From an uncultured Actinomycetota bacterium (lineage in GTDB: Bacteria > Actinomycetota > Thermoleophilia > Solirubrobacterales > Solirubrobacteraceae): a stretch of DNA of 64,000 nucleotides. The notes below the pieces were generated by a model, which saw only the letters and a program-made list of their open reading frames with translations, was not told the origin of the DNA and ran no database searches. Shown piece by piece: positions 19,037 to 27,141 of this stretch. Location: positions 1,126 through 65,125 of the forward strand of contig CAVOUS010000008.1 in assembly GCA_963699675.1 (NCBI GenBank). The letters run 5' to 3'. The first letter of the stretch is position 1, and every line of letters begins with the position of its first letter. Both the position numbers and the translations under genes were made by a program.

Positions 19037-20044
19037 TCAGTGGTTGTACGTCCCGTCGTAAACCTGGCGAAGCGAGGCCTTCGTGTACCCGGCGGGGATG
19101 GTCCGGTCTTTGGCCAGGGCGATGTTGTCGGGCGTAGCCGGGTCCCAATCGCCCACGTTCAGATCAGGCGCGCCGTTCTGCACCGAGACGGTGCGCAACG
19201 GCTGATAGGTCTGCGCATCGACATAGAGGGCGATCTGGGTGCTCGGGTTCCCGGGGGCGTTGGGCACCTCCAGCGAGAGCGCGATCACCTGCGTGCCGTC
19301 GACTGTCGCGTTCCCGTGTCGGATCACCTCGCCGTTCTGGAGCGCCTGTTGCACCTGCGCCGGAGTGCGGAACAACAGGCTGGCAGAGGGTCCCTCGTTG
19401 AGGTTGAAGGCGGCCTGGTACTGATTGCGGCTATACGTGTGGGTTGTTGGGTTGAGGACGGTCTCGATGTCGGTTCCCACCCGGCCGGCGAGCCCGGGCG
19501 TCCAATGGTCGAACGAGGTCAGCTCAATCGTCCCATCGCTGTAGTAGATCGCGCCTCGCGAGTCGGAGGTCCCGTCCGGGGCAACGTACTCGTAGGCGTC
19601 GCTCAGCTTCCGTCCCAGGTTGATGAGCGAGCCGTCCGCGGCCACGTCGCCACCCGCATAGGTGGCATACCGAACGACCGTGCCGTTCTCGACGCTGGTG
19701 GCGATGTTCGCCTTCACGCGCTTGATGATGTACGCGGTGTCCTCGGTCATCGCAGGGCTCACCGAAGACGTAAGCGCCTTGGAGAACGCCAGCCGCGGCG
19801 CCGCAGTTGCGCTCAGGGCACCGCTGGCGACAACGACACCGGCCGCGATCGCGGCCGCCGCGCCGACCATGCTGAGCCGCAGCGTGTTGCGGCGCCGGAC
19901 CGGAAGGCGCCAGCGAGCTCGCCGCGGTCCGGCAATCTCCCGCTGAAGCACCGCTCGAATTCGGTCCTCCCCCGCGTCACCGGGGGCGGGGGTCGCGACG
20001 CCGACGTCTCGCAGCATGGTGAGAAGGTCGTTGGTCTCAGGCAT
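19037..20044 (-). CDS. Single-pass membrane protein, putative anti-sigma (CU044_5270-like)
   Basis: Overlaps the sigma stop; Arg-rich cytoplasmic stretch, TM MVGAAAAIAAGVVVASG, large extracellular domain ending LYVDAQTYQPLR. Confidence 0.7.
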   Translation of the reverse strand: MPETNDLLTMLRDVGVATPAPGDAGEDRIRAVLQREIAGPRRARWRLPVRRRNTLRLSMVGAAAAIAAGVVVASGALSATAAPRLAFSKALTSSVSPAMTEDTAYIIKRVKANIATSVENGTVVRYATYAGGDVAADGSLINLGRKLSDAYEYVAPDGTSDSRGAIYYSDGTIELTSFDHWTPGLAGRVGTDIETVLNPTTHTYSRNQYQAAFNLNEGPSASLLFRTPAQVQQALQNGEVIRHGNATVDGTQVIALSLEVPNAPGNPSTQIALYVDAQTYQPLRTVSVQNGAPDLNVGDWDPATPDNIALAKDRTIPAGYTKASLRQVYDGTYNH

Positions 20045-20612
20045 GAGATCCTCCGTTGAGTTGGAGTTCCGCGTTGCCGGCCGGTCGGCCTGAGCGCAGC
20101 GAGGTCGTCATCAGCCGCTTGCGCGCCCGCGTGATCCTCGAACTGATCGTGCCGACGGGCACGCCGATCGCCACCGCGGCCTGCTCTTGGGTCAGCTCGC
20201 CCCAGACCACGAGCAGCAGCGTGTCGCGCTCGACTGCTGGCAGCGCGCGAAGCGCCGCCACCAGCTCAGGCGCAAGACCTGATTCACGATGCTCGACCAC
20301 CTCCGGCATCTCGCGCGTCAGGCGCTCAAGCGCCGCTAGTCGACGACGCTCCAGCCGCCGATGATCGGCGATCACGTTGTTGGCGATGCCGAGCAGCCAC
20401 GGCAGCGCCTGGTCATGATCCGCGCGATAGCCGGCCCGCCCGCGAAACGCTCGCACGAACACCTCAGAAGTGACATCGTCGCCCGCCTCGCCGATCCGTC
20501 GGATGGCATAGCGCCTCACCGCTTGCCCGTGCCGCTCGAAAAGCGCCGCGAACAACACGGGCTCCTCGACAGCGCGCGCCAGCAGCTCGGCGTCAGTTGA
20601 ATTGGAGTGCAT
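20037..20612 (-). CDS. ECF RNA polymerase sigma factor
   Basis: TDAELL..FAALFERH, DDVTSEVFVRAF, PWLLGIANN, LPAVERDTLLLVVWGELTQEQAAVAIGVPVGTISSRITRAR. Confidence 0.93.
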   Translation of the reverse strand: MHSNSTDAELLARAVEEPVLFAALFERHGQAVRRYAIRRIGEAGDDVTSEVFVRAFRGRAGYRADHDQALPWLLGIANNVIADHRRLERRRLAALERLTREMPEVVEHRESGLAPELVAALRALPAVERDTLLLVVWGELTQEQAAVAIGVPVGTISSRITRARKRLMTTSLRSGRPAGNAELQLNGGSHA

Positions 20613-20929
20613 ACCCGTTCATCGTTCGATCGCACGAAATCCCTCGCGGACTACGCGTGGTTCCTGGACCGCATCACGCCAGGGTCTCACCCGCACGACC
20701 TGCTGGCTCCTGCCATCGCGTAAAGCAGGACCGGCTCAGGCGAGCACCCACGTTCGCAGCGCACATGCCGGCACGCAGACGGAGAACCCTCACGCCCTCC
20801 GGGCCAAGCCTCGATCACACTTCCGCCGGGCCCGACAGCCTAGCGAGACGTGTTTCGCTTGGCGTCGCCAGCGCCGTCGGCGAGCGGGCTCACAGTGGCC
20901 GAGCACCTCGTTGATCAACTTCTGGCGTT

Positions 20930-21137
20930 CGGCGGCCTGGCGCAGGACCTTGCCCAATGGCGCATGGCATGCGGCCGTCCGGAGGATGACGAGCTGGTCA
21001 TTCGGCGCCCGTCACGCGACCTGCGCCCATACCGCCTTTGCGGCTCGTTCGTCTCGCTGCTGCTCTGGGAAGGGCACAGCCTGACCGACGTCGCTGAGCA
21101 GGCCGCGCACCCGATCGCCACGCTGGCGCGGAGCTAG
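20930..21137 (+). pseudogene. C-terminal remnant of a tyrosine recombinase/integrase
   Basis: LAQDLAQWRMACGRPEDDELV...RPYRLCGSFVSLLLWEGHSLTDVAEQAAHPIATLARS* is a degraded version of PYxLRHSFxSLL..G.S..EVA.QxGHS..T..xY. Catalytic RH and Tyr are lost; TAG 21135-21137 abuts the tRNA. Confidence 0.72.
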
Positions 21138-21210
21138 TGGACGATGCTGGGCTCGAACCAGCGACCTCCGCCTTGTCGAGGCGGCGCTCTCCCAGCTGAG
21201 CTAATCGTCC
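21138..21210 (-). tRNA. trnV: tRNA-Val(GAC), CCA not encoded
   Basis: GGACGAT/ATCGTCC acceptor stem, GCTC/GAGC D-stem, CCGCC-TCGACAA-GGCGG anticodon arm, GCTGG-TTCGAGC-CCAGC T-arm, discriminator A. Confidence 0.97.
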
Positions 21211-21311
21211 GGGGCTCGTAAATGTAGCGCGCTCACGCCCTTGCGGAAGGCCGCCCGCGGACGTTTGGACGGTCGCCGACCGGCGCTCGTGGGAGTAGCA
21301 TCCGCAACCTG

Positions 21312-21779
21312 ATGAGGCGATGCGTGCTCATCCTGGTTGCGGGGATGCTGGCGGTGGCGGCCATTCCGGCCGCCGGCGCGGTGTTGCCCGGGCCCGTGAC
21401 GTCAACCAAGGTGTCGGTCACGCCCGGCGCCGGGAGTCCGCGCACCACGTTCCGTTTTCGATTCCGCACGCCGGACATGACGGGCATCGGCGCTGGGTGG
21501 AGCCGAGTGAACACGCTGTCGGTGGGAGGTCCCACGCGCGCCGGCTGCGTTGCGGACGGCACCACGACGCTGCCCCGGTCGGCGGCCGGAGCGATGGTTG
21601 GGGTATCGATGAACCCGGCTCATCTCGGCGGCCGGTGGTGCGTCGGCACGTTCCGCGGAGAGGTCATCGAGAGCCAGCGCATCATCTGCGACCCCAAGCC
21701 GGTGTACGCCTGCCCGCAGCTTGTGATCGCCCCCCAGGTGATCGCCCGCTTCACGTTCCGCGTCACGCGAACCTCATAG
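21312..21779 (+). CDS. Secreted hypothetical protein with paired Cys
   Basis: Signal peptide MRRCVLILVAGMLAVAAIPAAGA; beta-rich mature part with 4 Cys; TAGCAT 10 nt upstream. Confidence 0.7.
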   Translation: MRRCVLILVAGMLAVAAIPAAGAVLPGPVTSTKVSVTPGAGSPRTTFRFRFRTPDMTGIGAGWSRVNTLSVGGPTRAGCVADGTTTLPRSAAGAMVGVSMNPAHLGGRWCVGTFRGEVIESQRIICDPKPVYACPQLVIAPQVIARFTFRVTRTS

Positions 21780-21792
21780 CATCAGCTCGCAG

Positions 21793-23730
21793 ATGGATTA
21801 CGAGCTTCCCGACGGGACGGTGCTGTCCCTGCCCGAAGGCGCCACCGGCGCCGACGCCGCCGCCGCGATCGGCGCGGGGCTGGCGCGCGCGGCGCTGGCC
21901 ATCCGGGTGAACGGCGAGCTGCGCGATCTGGGCCGCCCGCTTCCCGGCGGCAACGGCACGGCGCCGAAGCTGGAGATCCTGACCGACCGGAGTGGGGAGG
22001 ACGCGCTCGCCCTCGTCCGCCACGACGCCGCCCACGTCCTCGCCGCCGCGATGCTCGAGCTGTATCCGGGGGTCAAGATCTCGATCGGGCCGGCGATCGA
22101 CAACGGCTTCTACTACGACTTCGACTTCCCGGACGGCGTCACGATCAACGACGACGACTTCCCGGCGATCGAGGCGGCGATGAAGGCTCACATCGCCGCC
22201 GACGAACCGTTCGTCCGCGAGGACGTGTCGGTCAAGCACGCGCTGCAGCGCTTTCTCAACGAGGACCAGCCCTACAAGGTGGAGCTGATCGAGGATCTGA
22301 TCGCCAACGAGAGCGTCGACACGGTGTCGCTGTACACCAACGGCCCCTTCACCGACCTCTGCCGCGGCCCGCACGCTCCCACCACCAAGCGGATCAAGGC
22401 GTTCAAGCTGCAGTCGGTGGCCGGCTCGTACTGGCGCGGCGACGCGAAGCGCCAGATGCTCACGCGCGTGTATGGGACGGCGTTCTTCTCGGAGAAGGAT
22501 CTGCAGGCGTACCTGGAGCAGGTCGAGCGCGCTCGCGCCAACGACCATCGCCGCCTGGGACCGCAGCTCGGGCTGTTCGGCTTCTCCGACGTCGCACCCG
22601 GGATGGCGTTCTGGTACCCGCGCGGCGCCCAGGTGTTCAACGAGCTCGTCGCGCTCAGCCGGGAGATGGGCAAGCCCCGGGGCTATACCGAGGTCAAGAC
22701 GCCGCAGCTGTTTGACAGCGCGCTGTTCAAGACCTCGGGACATTGGGAGAAGTACCAGGAGCACATGTTCATCACGGAGTCCGCTGACGTCACGATGGGG
22801 CTGAAGCCGATGAACTGCCCGGGGCACTGTCAGCTGTACTCCATGACCGCCCACTCCTATCGGGATCTGCCCGTCCGGTTCTCGGAGCCGGGCCTGCTGC
22901 ACCGCAACGAGCCCTCGGGGACGCTGCACGGCCTCCTGCGCACGCGCAACTTCGTCCAGGACGACGCTCACATCTTCTGCACCGAGGACCAGATCCAGGA
23001 GGAGGTGGCGGGCTGCCTGGAGTTCGCCTTTGCCACCTACAAGGTGTTCGGCATCGACGTCCGCCTGGAGCTGTCGACCCGCCCCGAAGAACGGCTCGGT
23101 ACCGATGACCAGTGGGATCGCAGCGAGGGCGCCCTGATCAACGCATTGGAGAGCCAGGGGCTCGGCTACGACATCAACCCCGGGGACGGTGCGTTCTACG
23201 GAGCCAAGATCGACATGCACATGACCGATTCGCTGGGCCGCTCATGGCAGCTCGGCACCGTGCAGCTGGATTACCTGCAGCCGGAGCGATTCGGGCTCGT
23301 GTACACCGGGGCCGACAACGTCGAGCACCGACCGGTGATGATCCACCGTGCTCTGATGGGTTCCTACGAGCGGTTCATCGGGATCCTGCTCGAGCACGTC
23401 GGGGGAGAGCTGCCGGTGTGGCTGGCACCGGTCCAGGCGATCGTGCTGCCGATTGCCGATCGGCACCTCGATTACGCCACCGGCGTGCAGACCCGGCTGG
23501 TGCGGGCCGGTGTCCGGGCCGAGGTGGACGACCGCACCGAGTCGGTGGGACGCAAGATCCGCGACGCGGAGCTGCGCAAGATCCCCTACATGCTGGTCGT
23601 CGGCGACCGCGAGGCAGAGCGCGACGAGGTGAGCGTGCGCGAGCACCATGGCGAAGACGCCGGGAAGACGACCGTCGAGGCGTTCGCCGAGCGCGTGGCG
23701 GATGAGACACGAAGACGTGCCGGCGGCTGA
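21793..23730 (+). CDS. thrS: Threonine--tRNA ligase
   Basis: TGS domain, RHDAAHV, GFYYDF, DLCRGPH, NDHRRLG, KPMNCPGH, QDDAHIFC, GAFYGAKID, IHRALMGSYERF. Confidence 0.99.
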   Translation: MDYELPDGTVLSLPEGATGADAAAAIGAGLARAALAIRVNGELRDLGRPLPGGNGTAPKLEILTDRSGEDALALVRHDAAHVLAAAMLELYPGVKISIGPAIDNGFYYDFDFPDGVTINDDDFPAIEAAMKAHIAADEPFVREDVSVKHALQRFLNEDQPYKVELIEDLIANESVDTVSLYTNGPFTDLCRGPHAPTTKRIKAFKLQSVAGSYWRGDAKRQMLTRVYGTAFFSEKDLQAYLEQVERARANDHRRLGPQLGLFGFSDVAPGMAFWYPRGAQVFNELVALSREMGKPRGYTEVKTPQLFDSALFKTSGHWEKYQEHMFITESADVTMGLKPMNCPGHCQLYSMTAHSYRDLPVRFSEPGLLHRNEPSGTLHGLLRTRNFVQDDAHIFCTEDQIQEEVAGCLEFAFATYKVFGIDVRLELSTRPEERLGTDDQWDRSEGALINALESQGLGYDINPGDGAFYGAKIDMHMTDSLGRSWQLGTVQLDYLQPERFGLVYTGADNVEHRPVMIHRALMGSYERFIGILLEHVGGELPVWLAPVQAIVLPIADRHLDYATGVQTRLVRAGVRAEVDDRTESVGRKIRDAELRKIPYMLVVGDREAERDEVSVREHHGEDAGKTTVEAFAERVADETRRRAGG

Positions 23731-23745
23731 ATCCCCCGCTATACT
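23717..23745 (+). promoter_or_regulatory. Sigma70-type promoter for infC-rpmI-rplT
   Basis: GTGCCG-N17-TATACT. Confidence 0.55.
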
Positions 23746-23817
23746 CGCTCCCGTTGATTCAACTTCATCCCACACGGCGCGGCACCGCTTGAGTCAAGCC
23801 GCCGTTGCACGAAGCTA

Positions 23818-24672
23818 GTGCCGGTCCCACGCAGATTTGACCGGCGCCCGCCCGAGCGGGACCAGACTCGGATCAACGACCGCATTCGCGTGCCGGAAGT
23901 ACGGCTCGTCGGCGAGGATGGCAAGCAGATCGGCGTCATCAAGACGACCGAGGCGCTGGCCTACGCCCAGGAACGCGATCTGGATCTCGTGGAGGTCGCT
24001 CCCGACGCCCGCCCGCCGGTGTGTCGCGTGCTCGACTACTCCAAGTACAAGTACGAGCAGGCCCAGAAGCAGAAGGCGGCCCGCAAGCACCAGCAGCAGA
24101 TCACGATCCGGGAGATCAAGTTCCGCCCCAAGATCGCCCAGAACGATTACGACACCAAGAAGGGCCACGTCAAGCGCTTCCTGCTCGGCAAGGACCGCGT
24201 CAAGGTGACGATCATGTTCCGCGGGCGCGAGGTCACGCACCCCGAGCGCGGCACCGCGCTGCTGGACAAGCTCGCCGGTGAGCTCTCGGAGGTCGCCGTC
24301 GTCGAGCAGCGTCCGATTCAGGACGGGCGCAACATGACGATGATGCTCGGCCCGTCCAAGACCGTCCTGTCGGGCGAGAAGGATGGCAAGGCCCCCGCCG
24401 TCGATTCGCCCGCCGCCGAGGCCCCCGCCGTCGATTCGCCCGCCGTCGATTCGCCCGCCGCCGAGGCCCCCGCCGTCGAGGCGCCCCCCGCTGAGGCGCC
24501 CCCTGTCGAGGCGCCCGCCGCTGAGGCGCCCGTCGCGCCCGCCGCCGAGGAGCCCGCCGCCGAGGAGCCCCCCGCCGAGGACGTCCCCCCGGCCGCAGCG
24601 GGCGCTGACAACGGACATCAGAACGGCGTGGCCGACACGCCGGCGCCGACGCCGAGCGACGCCGCCGCCTGA
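23818..24672 (+). CDS. infC: Translation initiation factor IF-3 with an acidic Pro/Ala C-terminal tail
   Basis: RINDRIRVPEVRLVGEDG, LDLVEVAPDARPPVCRVLDYSKYKYE, REIKFRPKI, KVTIMFRGRE, DGRNMTM. Confidence 0.98.
   Translation: MPVPRRFDRRPPERDQTRINDRIRVPEVRLVGEDGKQIGVIKTTEALAYAQERDLDLVEVAPDARPPVCRVLDYSKYKYEQAQKQKAARKHQQQITIREIKFRPKIAQNDYDTKKGHVKRFLLGKDRVKVTIMFRGREVTHPERGTALLDKLAGELSEVAVVEQRPIQDGRNMTMMLGPSKTVLSGEKDGKAPAVDSPAAEAPAVDSPAVDSPAAEAPAVEAPPAEAPPVEAPAAEAPVAPAAEEPAAEEPPAEDVPPAAAGADNGHQNGVADTPAPTPSDAAA
24391..24582 (+). repeat. 15-bp tandem repeat encoding (A/S)P(A/P)(V/A)(D/E) pentapeptides in the IF-3 tail
   Basis: Nine in-register units at 24391-24525 (e.g. GCCCCCGCCGTCGAT, TCGCCCGCCGCCGAG), then about four degenerate units. 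Confidence 0.9.
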
Positions 24673-24724
24673 GCCCGCCGGGCGCAGGACGTTGTACCGG
24701 GGTCTGCTTTACTCTCGGATCGTC

Positions 24725-24925
24725 ATGCCGAAAATGAAGACCCACTCCGGCGCCAAAAAGCGCTTCAAGCTGACCGCGACCGGCAAGGTCAGGGGCCGGC
24801 ACGCCTTCACCAGCCACATCCTGGAGAAGAAGTCGGCCAAGCGCAAGCGGAAGATGGGTGAGCCGGTCCAGATTTCCAAGCACGACGAGCCTCGGATCAA
24901 GGTCATGCTGGGAGCCAAGAAATGA
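24725..24925 (+). CDS. rpmI: 50S ribosomal protein L35
   Basis: [35 protein letters not shown]. Confidence 0.98.
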   Translation: MPKMKTHSGAKKRFKLTATGKVRGRHAFTSHILEKKSAKRKRKMGEPVQISKHDEPRIKVMLGAKK

Positions 24926-25284
24926 GCCGCGTCAAGCGCTCGGTCCACGCCCGTAAGAAGCGTCGCGCGACGCTGAAGCTGGCCAAGGGCTACCGGGGCG
25001 ACGCCAGTCGGCATTACAAGACCGCCAAGGAGGCGGTGCTCAAGGCCGACCAGTACCGGTACCGGGACCGCCGCAACCGCAAGCGCGACTTCCGCCGCCT
25101 GTGGATCACCCGGATCAACGCCGCCGCTCGCCAGAGCGATCTGTCGTACTCGCAGTTCATGCACGGGCTCCAGCTCGCCGGGGTGGAGCTGGACCGCAAG
25201 ATCCTGGCCGACATGGCCGTACACGACGCCGACACCTTCCGACGCTTTGCCGACCGCGCCCGTGAGGCGCTGGCGGCCGGCTGA
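24922..25284 (+). CDS. rplT: 50S ribosomal protein L20
   Basis: [50 protein letters not shown]. Confidence 0.99.
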   Translation: MSRVKRSVHARKKRRATLKLAKGYRGDASRHYKTAKEAVLKADQYRYRDRRNRKRDFRRLWITRINAAARQSDLSYSQFMHGLQLAGVELDRKILADMAVHDADTFRRFADRAREALAAG

Positions 25285-25316
25285 GCTCCACGCCGACCAC
25301 CCAGCACCGCCACCCG

Positions 25317-25350
25317 GGCGCCCGCTTCTTCGAAGCCGGCGCCTTTTTTT
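25317..25350 (+). terminator. Intrinsic terminator after rplT
   Basis: GGCGCC-C-GCTTC-ttc-GAAGC-C-GGCGCC hairpin followed by T7. Confidence 0.85.
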
Positions 25351-25357
25351 ATCTCCG

Positions 25358-26065
25358 ATGACGATCACCAGCCACCACAACGAACAGCTCAAAGAGGTCC
25401 GCAAGCTCAACCAGCGCCGTCGCTGGCGCGAGCGCGCCGGCCGGTTCGTGGCCGAGGGGGAGGATCTGCTCGCCGCCGCCGATGCCGCCGGGTGGCCGGC
25501 GGTCCAGCGGTTCTGCGCCGCCGGCAGCGGCCTGACCGGTACCGAGGTGGAACCGGGCGTGCTCGCGTCGGCGTCCGAGCTCGGATCGGGCACGCGCGCG
25601 CTCGCCGTGTACGACGAGCGCTGGGCGCCGGTGCCCGTCGGCCCCCTGTGCGTGTATCTCCATGAAGTCCACGATCCCGGCAACGTCGGCACGATCCTGC
25701 GCTCGGCGGACGCGTTCGGCGCGGCATCGGTGGCGATCGGCCCCGGGACCGCCGATCCGTTCGGCCCCAAGGCGGTGCGGGCGAGCATGGGGGCGGTGTT
25801 CTCGGTGTCACTCGCCCGGGTCGCCGAGATCGACGCGCTGCCGGGGGAGACGGTCGCGCTGGTGGCCGGCCGGGGAGCGCCGCTCGATGAGCTGGCGCTG
25901 ACCGAGGCGACGCTGCTGATCGGCGCAGAGCGTGATGGCCTCCCCGACGGGATCGTCAACGCCGCGGATCACGTCGCCCAGATCCCGATCGCCAACCACT
26001 CGCTCAACGCTGCGATGGCGGCGACGGTGGCGCTGTATGAGGCGTCTAGGATGGCCCGCAAATGA
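25358..26065 (+). CDS. TrmH/SpoU-family RNA methyltransferase
   Basis: ITSHHNEQLK, FVAEGE, VHDPGNVGTILRSADAFG, KAVRASMG, IGAERDGL, SLNAAMAATVALYE. Confidence 0.95.
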   Translation: MTITSHHNEQLKEVRKLNQRRRWRERAGRFVAEGEDLLAAADAAGWPAVQRFCAAGSGLTGTEVEPGVLASASELGSGTRALAVYDERWAPVPVGPLCVYLHEVHDPGNVGTILRSADAFGAASVAIGPGTADPFGPKAVRASMGAVFSVSLARVAEIDALPGETVALVAGRGAPLDELALTEATLLIGAERDGLPDGIVNAADHVAQIPIANHSLNAAMAATVALYEASRMARK

Positions 26066-27141
26066 CCGATCGCATCACCGAGATCCAGCGGGAGGCGACC
26101 GCGGCGATCGCCGCTGCCGCCACGAGCACGGCGCTGGAGGATGTGCGCGTCCACTACCTCGGCCGCAAGGCCGAGCTCCCCAATCTGCTGCGCAGCGTCG
26201 CCGAGCTCGCGCCGGAGCAGCGGGCGGCGACCGGCAAGGCCGCCAACCAGGCGCGCCACGCGCTCGAGGCGGCGATCGAGCAGCGGGGTGGCGAGCTGGC
26301 GAGCGCGGAGCTCGAGCAGCGGCTGGTCGCCGACCGGATCGACGTCACGCTGCCGGCCGATCCGCTGCCGGCGATCGGCCGCCTGCACCTGATGACCCAG
26401 ACCCGGCGCGAGATCGAGGACGTGTTCATCGGGCTGGGGTTCAACGTGGCCGAGGGCCCCGAGGTGGAGACCGTCTACTACAACTTCGACGCGCTCAACC
26501 ACGCAGCGACGCATCCCGCGCGGCTGCTGACCGACACCTTCTACATCAAGACCGGAACCGACGGGGTGGACATCTTCGACCCCGAGGCGGCGCTGCTGCG
26601 CGTTCACACCTCACCGATGCAGATCCGCGCGATGGAGAGCCAGCCGCCGCCGATCTACATCATCGTGCCCGGACGGGTCTACCGCCCCGACTCCGATGCG
26701 ACCCACACGCCGCAGTTCCATCAGATCGAGGGGCTGGCGGTGGACACGGACATCACCCTGGCCGATCTCAAGGGGACGCTGCTGACCTTCGCCCGCGCGA
26801 TCTTCGGCGACGAGCGCGAGGTCCGGCTGCGCCCGCACTTCTTCCCGTTCACCGAGCCGAGCGTGGAGGTGGACGTCTCGTGCTTCAACTGCGTGAAGGG
26901 GATCACCGCCGACGGCCACCGCTGCCCGCTGTGCCGGGGCACCGCGTGGCTGGAGATCCTCGGCTCCGGGATGGTCGATCCTAACGTCCTCGCCACCGTG
27001 GCCGACAACGGCTATGACCCCGAGACGGTGCAGGGGTTCGCGTTCGGCATGGGGATCGAACGGATCGCGATGCTCAAGCACAGCGTGCCGGATCTGCGGC
27101 TGTTCTATGACAACGACATCCGGTTGCTGGAGCAGTTCTAG
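26062..27141 (+). CDS. pheS: Phenylalanine--tRNA ligase alpha subunit
   Basis: NFDALN..THPAR..DTFY, LRVHTSPMQIR, PGRVYR, HTPQFHQIEG, FFPFTEPS, FAFGMGIER. Confidence 0.99.
   Translation: MTDRITEIQREATAAIAAAATSTALEDVRVHYLGRKAELPNLLRSVAELAPEQRAATGKAANQARHALEAAIEQRGGELASAELEQRLVADRIDVTLPADPLPAIGRLHLMTQTRREIEDVFIGLGFNVAEGPEVETVYYNFDALNHAATHPARLLTDTFYIKTGTDGVDIFDPEAALLRVHTSPMQIRAMESQPPPIYIIVPGRVYRPDSDATHTPQFHQIEGLAVDTDITLADLKGTLLTFARAIFGDEREVRLRPHFFPFTEPSVEVDVSCFNCVKGITADGHRCPLCRGTAWLEILGSGMVDPNVLATVADNGYDPETVQGFAFGMGIERIAMLKHSVPDLRLFYDNDIRLLEQF

Larger units (their letters stand above)
1..21137. mobile_element. Probable decayed genomic island integrated at the 3' end of tRNA-Val(GAC); left end outside the window
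   Basis: Integrase C-terminal remnant whose stop codon abuts the tRNA 3' end. Only accessory genes and gene fragments lie on this side; core translation genes begin on the other side. No second att copy found. Confidence 0.6.

Noticed and set aside
21780-26062. T-box leaders for thrS or pheS
   Set aside because: Both genes follow upstream CDSs within 13 nt or overlap them; no T-box consensus seen
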